Source: Acidimicrobiales bacterium
Lineage (GTDB): Bacteria > Actinomycetota > Acidimicrobiia > Acidimicrobiales > JAJPHD01
DNA: 64,000 nt
Direction of reading: 5' to 3'
NCBI GenBank assembly: GCA_039583695.1
Contig: JAVKSL010000003.1
Location: 16,313-80,312, forward strand
Each line of letters starts with the position of its first letter. The first letter of the stretch is position 1. The notes beneath the pieces are model-generated. The model was not told the DNA's origin, made no database searches, and saw only the letters and a program-made list of their open reading frames with translations. Position numbers and translations under genes: made by a program. Positions 45,802-52,816 of the stretch are shown here, piece after piece.

Positions 45802-46173
45802 ATGGGTTTGCGGGACCGCAAGGGCCGTCGGCAGGCGTCGGGGCCGGGACCAGACGGGCTGGCCATGGTCATCAAGGAGGTCTTTTGGGTCGGGGCCCCG
45901 CCTGACGCCAAGCTAGGCCCTGCGCAGCGTCGCCTCGCCGCCCAGGCCCCAGGCACCGTGCTGGTCGGTGTGCTCGACGGCACCGGGTCGTTGCGGGCCG
46001 GAGACCTGGTCGTCCACCCCTCCGGCCGGTTCTCGGTCCAGACGATCGAGGCGTTCCAAAAGCTGCTCGATACCGCCCAGCCGCCACAGTCCGTCGGCCT
46101 GCGCCTAGGGACGGCCGTGGACCGGGCGCTGTTTTCGCCTGGCGACCAGGTCGGCTTCGAGCGGCCAACCTGA
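45802..46173 (+). CDS. stand-alone EF-Tu domain-II-like beta-barrel protein
   Basis: ..MVIKEVFWV..GTVLVGVLDGTGSLRAGDLVVHPSGRFSVQTIEAFQKLLDTAQPPQSVGLRLGTAVDRALFSPGDQV parallels EF-Tu domain 2 (..GRVERG.ikvGdeveivg....t.VtgiEmFrK.ldea.AGdNvG.lLRG...e.ieRGqVl). An alternative start is ATG 45865. Confidence 0.5.
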   Translation: MGLRDRKGRRQASGPGPDGLAMVIKEVFWVGAPPDAKLGPAQRRLAAQAPGTVLVGVLDGTGSLRAGDLVVHPSGRFSVQTIEAFQKLLDTAQPPQSVGLRLGTAVDRALFSPGDQVGFERPT

Positions 46174-46409
46174 CCAACCCGCGCGGCGTCGGGAGATCGA
46201 GCGGAGCGCTCCCCTCGGTGAGCGGACGCTGGAGGAGGAGTGTTTTCGTGCCCTGCTCGACGGCCGAGCAGGTTCGGACGACCGCCGACCGGTTCTACGG
46301 CGGCAGGGCCGACGTGGTACTCCCAACCATCTACCCGCGTTACCCCTATTAACCGGCCAATCGTGATTCGCCTCGAAGACAATGAAACGGCATCGATTGG
46401 CGGCGGTTA

Positions 46410-46802
46410 TTAGGCGTTATCCGGGCCGTCAGGCGGACCAATCTCCGATTGGAACGCGTCGTGGGGCTCTTGGCGCCCGGTGTAGCCCGCTGTGGTCAGT
46501 ACCTGGTAGCGCTCGTCGACTGCTTGTCGGGACGGCAGTGAGAAGCCGAGGACCACCGGGCGGGCCTCGGCGTCGGGCGAGCGCCAACCGCTGTGCCATA
46601 TCCTCGCCATGGCCAGGTTGTCGAGCTCAAAGATCGCACCGTCGCCGTTGTCGAGTGCGACGTGGCGGGCGCCGCTGCCCGGTGGCCACTCGCCACCGTC
46701 GGAGCGGACCGTCATGCCGAGGGCCTGGTAGAACGCCACAGCGGCGTCCATGTCGGCGACCACGAGGTTCAGCTGGTTGAAGCGAGGGTTCGTGTCGGTC
46801 AT
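46410..46802 (-). CDS. VOC/glyoxalase-family protein
   Basis: MTDTNPRFNQLNLVVADMDAAVAFYQALGM... Start in an ATGA overlap with the cupin stop. Confidence 0.75.
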   Translation of the reverse strand: MTDTNPRFNQLNLVVADMDAAVAFYQALGMTVRSDGGEWPPGSGARHVALDNGDGAIFELDNLAMARIWHSGWRSPDAEARPVVLGFSLPSRQAVDERYQVLTTAGYTGRQEPHDAFQSEIGPPDGPDNA

Positions 46803-47248
46803 TGCGGTCCTCCTGGTGTCGGCTCGGGCAGTGGACGGTGTTGCCCGGAGGGTCCCGGGGTGAGGTGGAGAAGGCGGGCCGGTCGATCGACCTCGATGCG
46901 GTGCCACAGCCCTCGTGACACGATGAGGGCATCGCCGGGGCAAAGGCTGTGGTGCTCCTCGGCGCCTGGTGCCTCGATCACGACCGTTACATCTCCGGAG
47001 ACCAGATAGATCAACTCGTCGCCGTCGGGGTGGCGCTCGCCGAGGTGCGCAGGCGAGTGTTCGAGGTCGGTGAGGGCCAGCAGGTAGCCGTCGACTCGCG
47101 GTGGCGGACCGGGCAGGCGGGGAGCGAAGCGTACGCAGCCGTGTCTTGTGACCTCGGCCACGACGCTGTCGAAGGCCACCGCCATTACGCTTTGGTGCGC
47201 GCCCAGGCGATCAGCGGTTGGCTCGTTAGCAGCGGTTGGCTCGTTCAC
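46799..47248 (-). CDS. cupin-domain protein
   Basis: ..GERHPDGDELIYLVSGDVTVVIE...GDALIVSRGLWHRI are cupin motifs 1 and 2. The 5' end carries an 18-bp tandem duplication (NEPTAANEPTAD). Confidence 0.7.
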   Translation of the reverse strand: MNEPTAANEPTADRLGAHQSVMAVAFDSVVAEVTRHGCVRFAPRLPGPPPRVDGYLLALTDLEHSPAHLGERHPDGDELIYLVSGDVTVVIEAPGAEEHHSLCPGDALIVSRGLWHRIEVDRPARLLHLTPGPSGQHRPLPEPTPGGPQ

Positions 47249-47293
47249 CTCCTCCAGGCTAGGGATCAGCGCCGGGGCTGTCTTGGACGAATG

Positions 47294-48133
47294 TCACGGG
47301 TCGGCTGGCCCACCAGAGGCGAGCTCGCCGGCCAGCTCCGCGGGAGTGCAGCCGGCGAGGCCAGCCACGTCGCGACACAGGTGTGCCTGGTCGTAGTAGC
47401 CGGCCTGGAACCCAACCTCGGCGAGCGAGCAAGCACCCTGGGCGAGGAGCCGGCACGCTCTTTCGAAGCGAACGACCCGGGCGAAGCGCTTTGGTGAGAG
47501 ACCCACCTGTTCGCAAAAGCGAGAAGCGAGCCGGGTGCGGCTCCATCCGACCTCGGCCGCAAGATCGGCGATGGGTGCCAGCGGCTCCGAGCAAAGCTTG
47601 CGCCATACCCACACCACCTCGGGCGAGACGATCGGACCGCCACCGAGACGCCCGGCGAGGGTTGCCTCGACCAGTGCCATGCGCCCGGCCGGTGTTGGTT
47701 CGCTTGACAGCTGGTCCACCAGAGCCTCGCCAGCATGGCCGAGGACCTCGTCGAGGCCGACGCAGCGATTCGCCAGCTCTGCTCCTGGCACCCCGAGCAG
47801 CGCGGAGACGCCCAGCGCGCTCAGACCGGCCCCGACCCCTTCCTGGGACCCTCCATGGCCGGTGCGAGCCGGTCGGTCCTGCACCCCGGCGACGAACGCC
47901 GCCAGCGACGAGGAGACCCCGCCGATGCTCACCTCCATGGGCGCGCCCCAGGCCACGACCACCACGGCGCCGCTCGTGGCTACCTGGCGGCGTGATATCG
48001 GCCCCGGCCAGCGCTCGCCGTAGCAGGTCAGGGCCTTCACATATCCCGCCAGGCGAGGCGTAGGGGCCAACAGCCCCATGCGCCAGCGGCCCTCGGCTCC
48101 CTCGGTCCAGGTGTCCGGGTCAGACAAGGCCAT
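47294..48133 (-). CDS. AraC-family transcriptional regulator
   Basis: The C-terminal double HTH (..IADLAAEVGWSRTRLASRFCEQVGLSPKRFARVVRFERACRLL...SLAEVGFQAGYYDQAHLCRDV) is AraC-type. Confidence 0.8.
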   Translation of the reverse strand: MALSDPDTWTEGAEGRWRMGLLAPTPRLAGYVKALTCYGERWPGPISRRQVATSGAVVVVAWGAPMEVSIGGVSSSLAAFVAGVQDRPARTGHGGSQEGVGAGLSALGVSALLGVPGAELANRCVGLDEVLGHAGEALVDQLSSEPTPAGRMALVEATLAGRLGGGPIVSPEVVWVWRKLCSEPLAPIADLAAEVGWSRTRLASRFCEQVGLSPKRFARVVRFERACRLLAQGACSLAEVGFQAGYYDQAHLCRDVAGLAGCTPAELAGELASGGPADP

Positions 48134-48270
48134 GCATCCAGTCTCGCATTCGAGCCGCCGGTCCGCTCCGTGCCATCGGCGAAAAACCAAGTCCTCCCTT
48201 CGCCCTGCCGTCTCGATAGGCGATTGGTCAGCGGACTTGCCGGTCCGGGCGGCTTCTGTCGGACAGAAGG

Positions 48271-48627
48271 CTATGCGGCGGGCTCAACGTCATGGAGAGC
48301 TGGAACGGCGCCAACGCAGTCATCCACTACGGCCGCGGTGGGGAGTTCACCACCAACCGCCGAGACGAGCAGGAGATGGGCGCTATCGCCCTGCACATCC
48401 TCCAAGCCGCCCTCGTGTACGTCGACACCCTCATGATCCAAGATGTCCTCTCCGACCCAGCGTGGAGCGGCGTCCTCACCGAAGAGGACCTCCGAGGGCT
48501 CACCCCGCCGTTCTGGACCCACATGTCGCCCTACGGAGACTTCCGGCTCGAGATGGACCAACGACTCGCCAGCGCCGCCCCAGCACTCGACCCCGACCGA
48601 ATGGGTGGCTCAGCCGGCCTCGGCTAG
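48271..48627 (+). mobile_element. Tn3-family transposase, extreme C-terminal fragment
   Basis: ..GLNVMESWNGANAVIHYGRGGEFTTNRRDEQEMGAIALHILQAALVYVDTLMIQDVLSDPAWSGVLTEEDLRGLTPPFWTHMSPYGDFRLEM matches the conserved Tn3 TnpA C-terminus. The upstream ~900 aa are absent. Confidence 0.65.
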
Positions 48628-48748
48628 ATGGCACGTCGTGACACGCTCCTTACCGGCACCCCACCTGCCGGACCTAACTGGTTGATCTCTGCGAGGTCGC
48701 TGGTTGCCGCCATGAAGGTCTTGGGGAGCTGCCAGTATCATCGGGCCA

Positions 48749-48961
48749 ATGACCGACACCGAAGCGTCCTTCGCCAGGACCTGGCTGTACCGATTCTCGC
48801 GACCAGGCGGCATCGAGATCGAGACCCAGGAGATGAATGGCGACGATACTGCAGGGACATACGCTCGCCAGCTATCCACAGCGCAAGAGACCCCGGTCAT
48901 CGTCGAGCGTCACGACCGCGTTGACTGGGAGTACGTGACCGAGGTCGACGAACGAGCCTGA
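48749..48961 (+). CDS. hypothetical small acidic protein (70 aa)
   Basis: Ordinary amino-acid composition, unlike the shadow ORFs. No motif recognised. Confidence 0.4.
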   Translation: MTDTEASFARTWLYRFSRPGGIEIETQEMNGDDTAGTYARQLSTAQETPVIVERHDRVDWEYVTEVDERA

Positions 48962-49073
48962 CTGCGGGTCGCTGCGGTTCGGGGCCCGACTGGCGCGCCT
49001 TGGCTAGCATGCTGGACGCATGACTGTGCTTGGCGGAGCCGGGCCGGCGCGGCCCGGGGCGAGGAGAGGATTC

Positions 49074-50507
49074 ATGCATCGGCTCAGCGGTGAAGCCGCA
49101 GGATTCCTCTCTCTCGAGCTTCCCATCCAGCCGATGAGCATCATGGCGCTTGCCGTGCTGCGCCCGGCGAGCGACCCGGATGGGTCACCGGTCCCGCTCG
49201 ACCTGCCCTATGTGGGCCTTCACATGGCCTCTCGCCTGGATGAGCTGCCAGCCTTGCGATGGCGGGTCCAAACGGTGCCCTTCGGGCTGCACCAGCCTGT
49301 GCTCGTCGAGGACCAGGCCTTCGATCTGGGCTTTCACCTTCGCGAGCACGTCCTGCCAGCACCGGGATCTGCCGATCAGCTGGACCGCTACTGCGCCGGG
49401 CTCGCAGAGCAGGCACTTGACCGGCGCCACCCGCTCTGGCAGCTCGTCTTGATCCATGGGCTGCACGGCGGTAGGCAGGTCGTGGTGTTGCGCATCCATC
49501 ACTGCCTCATGGATGGCTTTGCCGCCGTCGAGACCCTTTCGCGCATCTTCCCCCTAGGCGAGCACCAACCGGCGGCCCCTGGCCCTGAGTGGTATCCCGG
49601 TCCTCCCCCCCGTGCGTGGCGCCTGATCGTCGACGCTGCGGGTGGCCAGGCCCAGTCCGCAGCTCGCCTCCCGGCTCTTGTCAGCAAGACCCTCCGCAAC
49701 AACGCCGCCCTCAGGGCCCATCGAGCTGGGTCGGTCGCCGTACCCAAGCCACGGGTGGACGCGCCGCCGAGCCTGATCAACCAGGCCTATACCGCGGACC
49801 GTCGATTTGCCCGGGCCTCACTGTCCCTCGCGGCGGTAGGCCTGGTCAAGGAGGTGGCCGGCGCGAGCGTCAACGACGTAGCTATGGCGGTCGTTGCCGG
49901 GTCCCTGCGGTCCTACCTCCAGGCCCGGAGCGCTCTGCCGGCGAGGCCTCTGGTGGCGGCTGTGCCTGTGGGAATGGAGGAGCCGGGCGCGGCCCTCCGG
50001 ACCCACGGCAACCGCTTCTCCGGTCTGGTGACGTCGCTGGCGACCGACGTCGCTGAGCCATGGGACCGGCTCCGAGCCATCACCGCGGTGACTGCGGAGG
50101 CGAAGCGTCAGCTCGCAGTTCGCGGTCCCGAGCTGCTCCCGGACTGGCTCGACGTGCTGCCGCCGGCATTGGTCGAGCACGCCGTGCGGCATTACCATCG
50201 CAGGCGTCGCCGGCATCCGGCCAGGCTCGACGTCAACGTGGTGATCTCCAACCTTCGCGGCCCGAGCCCGGGACGCTACCTCGGTGCAGCCGTCGTCGAG
50301 GAGATGTACGTGGCCGGGCCGCCGAACAATGGCGTGGGGATCAACGTCGCCCTGATGGACTACGGAGACCGCCTGTTCTTCGCCCTCATGTGCTTCGCGG
50401 ACTCCGTCGAAGTGCCAGGGGAGCTGGTAGGGGGGCTCCATCACGCTCTGGATGACTTGGTGAGGGCCGCCGGGGCTATTGCTCCGCGCCGGCCCTCCCT
50501 GCGCTGA
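49074..50507 (+). CDS. wax ester synthase/diacylglycerol acyltransferase (WS/DGAT)
   Basis: SD GAGGAGAGGA then ATG 49074. Catalytic HHCLMDGFA (HHxxxDG). C-terminal ..NVVISNLRGP.. ..VGINVALMDYGDRLFF... Confidence 0.85.
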   Translation: MHRLSGEAAGFLSLELPIQPMSIMALAVLRPASDPDGSPVPLDLPYVGLHMASRLDELPALRWRVQTVPFGLHQPVLVEDQAFDLGFHLREHVLPAPGSADQLDRYCAGLAEQALDRRHPLWQLVLIHGLHGGRQVVVLRIHHCLMDGFAAVETLSRIFPLGEHQPAAPGPEWYPGPPPRAWRLIVDAAGGQAQSAARLPALVSKTLRNNAALRAHRAGSVAVPKPRVDAPPSLINQAYTADRRFARASLSLAAVGLVKEVAGASVNDVAMAVVAGSLRSYLQARSALPARPLVAAVPVGMEEPGAALRTHGNRFSGLVTSLATDVAEPWDRLRAITAVTAEAKRQLAVRGPELLPDWLDVLPPALVEHAVRHYHRRRRRHPARLDVNVVISNLRGPSPGRYLGAAVVEEMYVAGPPNNGVGINVALMDYGDRLFFALMCFADSVEVPGELVGGLHHALDDLVRAAGAIAPRRPSLR

Positions 50508-51690
50508 GGCTGGCTTGGGCGGCGAGCCTCTGGAGGCGCTCGGCTGCACCGGCGGGGCCGGGAGCAGCGGCAAAGGATCGACGCACGCGGTCGACCTCCG
50601 CCCTCATGCCCGGATCTGACAGCGCGCTCTGAACGGCCGCCCGCAGCTCGGGGGCGCGAACCCTGAGGAAGCTGATGCGGATGCCGCAGCCAGCCCGAAC
50701 GACCTGGTCGGCCACGATCGGCTGATCGTCTCTGATGGGCGCCATCACCAAGGGTACGCCCGCGGCCAGGCTCTCGCACACGGTGTTGTGCCCGGCGTGG
50801 GTCACCACCGCCTGCATCTGACCCAAGAGGGCGAGCTGGGGCACCTTGGGCCGGACCAGGATGTTGGCTGGCGTATCCGCCACAAGCCCGGGCGGCGCCA
50901 CGATCACCGCCTGGACGGGCAGGGATCCGAGCGCCTCGACCGCCACCGCGAAGAAGCGCTCACCTTCGATGTGGTTTATGGTGCCCAGGGACACCAGCAC
51001 TGCGGGCAGCCTGGCGTCCAGCCACGACCAGGGAAACTCGACTGTCTCGACGCGGCCAGCAATCGATGGCCCGATGAGCTCGTAATGCTCTGGAAACGCC
51101 CGCTCGCTGCTGACAAGGGCTTCGGTGGTGAACGCCAGCACCAGATACGGGGAGAAGAGAAGGTCCCCATCCTCGGCCAGTGCCCTGGGCAGGCCGGCTT
51201 CCAGCTGCAGGGCCAACCGGGCATCCCGGATGGCCCGGTCGACGAGGGGCCAGCCTGCCAGTGGGTCGGCAAGCTCTGCGGAAGTGGTGGCCAACGTGGC
51301 CCAGCGCAGGCCCAGCTTGCGGGCAACGACCGCACCGGCCAGCGCTTGCTGGTCGACCACCATGACGTCGGGCCGGAACTTTTCGACGGCCGCCCCGACA
51401 CCCTCGATCATGGCCCGGGCCATGGGAAGCAGCACCTCGAACCACAAGAACTTGAAGGCCGCGGCGGCACCCATCCCGAGGGCGCGGCCATTCAAAGTGT
51501 CGGCGAGCTCCTCCGCGTAGTCGGGAGCGGTCGGGAAGAAGCGCTGTCCTGCAGGCAGCAGCTCGTTGAGGACGCCTGGGATGCCGGCCCAGGCCGTCTC
51601 GTGGCCACGGCGAGCAAGCTCAGCTCCCACGGGGATGGTCGGGTAGATGTGGCCGGCGAAGTCGGGCACGACGAAGAGGAACCTGGCCAT
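50476..51690 (-). CDS. GT1-family (UDP-glycosyltransferase, MGT/macrolide-GT-like) glycosyltransferase
   Basis: MARFLFVVPDFAGHIYPTIPVGAELARRGHE... C-terminal donor-binding ..VVTHAGHNTVCESLAAGVPLVMAPIRDDQP... Confidence 0.85.
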   Translation of the reverse strand: MARFLFVVPDFAGHIYPTIPVGAELARRGHETAWAGIPGVLNELLPAGQRFFPTAPDYAEELADTLNGRALGMGAAAAFKFLWFEVLLPMARAMIEGVGAAVEKFRPDVMVVDQQALAGAVVARKLGLRWATLATTSAELADPLAGWPLVDRAIRDARLALQLEAGLPRALAEDGDLLFSPYLVLAFTTEALVSSERAFPEHYELIGPSIAGRVETVEFPWSWLDARLPAVLVSLGTINHIEGERFFAVAVEALGSLPVQAVIVAPPGLVADTPANILVRPKVPQLALLGQMQAVVTHAGHNTVCESLAAGVPLVMAPIRDDQPIVADQVVRAGCGIRISFLRVRAPELRAAVQSALSDPGMRAEVDRVRRSFAAAPGPAGAAERLQRLAAQASLSAGRAGAEQ

Positions 51691-51699
51691 GCCGTGGCG

Positions 51700-52491
51700 T
51701 CAGGTGCAGGGGGTGAGAGCTTTGTTCTGGCCCCTGACCCACTTGACGGCATGATCGCGAACCACCAGGCTGGCCTCGGCGAGCACACGGTGGGTGCACC
51801 CCGGGACGATCAGCTGCTGGCATCCGGGAATGTGGCGGTCACGCGCCCCAGCCTCCTCAACGACATCCGAACCGCTGCCGTAGATGCTGAACACCGGGCA
51901 GCGAAGCGCCTCCAGCGACTCGCTCGGCAGGTGTGCCTCGGTCAAGAGGTCCTCGAGCACGCTGGTAGTCCGGAGCAAGGTCTCGGCGCGTTGCGCCCAG
52001 CGGATACGCGACGGGCTGTTGCCGATCACGCTCTGGCGGTCGGCTTCGTCGTCGCCAAAGCCGACGATGCCCTCTGCCAGGCGCCGGCCCCAGCCCTCTC
52101 CGGAGAGGTGTGGCTCGATGAGGAACAGGCTTGCCACACGCTCGGGGTGGTGATGAGCGAAGAAAAGCGCCACGATTCCCCCGAAGCTGTTGCCGAAAAG
52201 ATGAACAGGTTCGTGGATGTCCCAGGCATCAAGCAGGCCAACCAGGTCGGCGAGATGGTCGGCGACGGAGTAGCTGCGCTCCGGCACCTCGGAGCGACCG
52301 TGGCCGCGCAGGTCGTAGAGGTACACGTCTGACTCGACTGCAACTCCGCCCACGATGGTGAGGTAGAAGCTCGACATGTCCACCGAGAGCCCGTGAACCA
52401 TCACGACCTTGGGCCGGCGCTCGCAAGGTCCGGGGGCCCTTTGCAGCACCTCGACATGGAAGCGCAGGCCGTTGGCCACCGTCTCAGACAC
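51700..52491 (-). CDS. alpha/beta-hydrolase (candidate chain-releasing thioesterase/esterase)
   Basis: GTG 52491 lies 8 nt inside the ACP 3' end. ..VVMVHGL.. Nucleophile elbow GNSFGG (GxSxG). ..PGCTHRV.. is the His region. Confidence 0.8.
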   Translation of the reverse strand: MSETVANGLRFHVEVLQRAPGPCERRPKVVMVHGLSVDMSSFYLTIVGGVAVESDVYLYDLRGHGRSEVPERSYSVADHLADLVGLLDAWDIHEPVHLFGNSFGGIVALFFAHHHPERVASLFLIEPHLSGEGWGRRLAEGIVGFGDDEADRQSVIGNSPSRIRWAQRAETLLRTTSVLEDLLTEAHLPSESLEALRCPVFSIYGSGSDVVEEAGARDRHIPGCQQLIVPGCTHRVLAEASLVVRDHAVKWVRGQNKALTPCT

Positions 52492-52816
52492 CGGGGACCC
52501 TGTTGATCGAGTCCACGATGAGCTCCACCAGGCTGCCGACGCGCAGCGCGATGATCGTGTCCAGGTCCATGCCGGCCAGCCAGGCCACAAAGTCCACCTT
52601 CTCGCCGTAGTGTGCCCGGAGCTCTTCTGCCAGGATGACGAACTGGATGCTCTCCAGGCAGAGGTCTTCACTGAACGAAGATTGCATGCCGACGTCTTCC
52701 TCGGCGAGGAAGTCGGTGCCGATGACCTTGACGAGCATCTGGGTCACCTCGAGGAGGACCTCCTCGGGTCGGGCTGGAGCAGCGCTGCGGTCAAAGATGG
52801 GTGAGGACGTTGACAA
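52484..52816 (-). CDS. discrete acyl carrier protein
   Basis: ..PEEVLLEVTQMLVKVIGTDFLAEEDVGMQSSFSEDLCLESIQFVILAEELRAHYG.. is an ACP four-helix pattern with the phosphopantetheine Ser in LES(I). The start is uncertain. TTG 52816 is preferred (AAAGGGG SD, 26-nt overlap with PKS-B). Alternatives are GTG 52747 and ATG 52738. Confidence 0.65.
   Translation of the reverse strand: MSTSSPIFDRSAAPARPEEVLLEVTQMLVKVIGTDFLAEEDVGMQSSFSEDLCLESIQFVILAEELRAHYGEKVDFVAWLAGMDLDTIIALRVGSLVELIVDSINRVPGV

Noticed and set aside
46248-46352. 34-codon ORF with a strong SD (GGAGGAGG-N9-GTG): MPCSTAEQVRTTADRFYGGRADVVLPTIYPRYPY
   Set aside because: It is too short to assess. It resembles only the first helix of SnoaL-like proteins, so it is probably another gene stub. 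It is kept out of the feature list.
47203-47238. 18-bp tandem duplication (agcggttggctcgtt..) at the 5' end of the cupin gene
   Set aside because: It is real but trivial: an in-frame duplication (NEPTAA/NEPTAD) in a disordered N-terminus with no evident functional implication.
50788-52332. 514-aa plus-strand ORF (and 62456..63517+, 60107..61174+, 55153..56292+ and similar)
   Set aside because: They are antisense to GT1, the hydrolase and the PKS genes, which have strong catalytic motifs. They are shadow ORFs.
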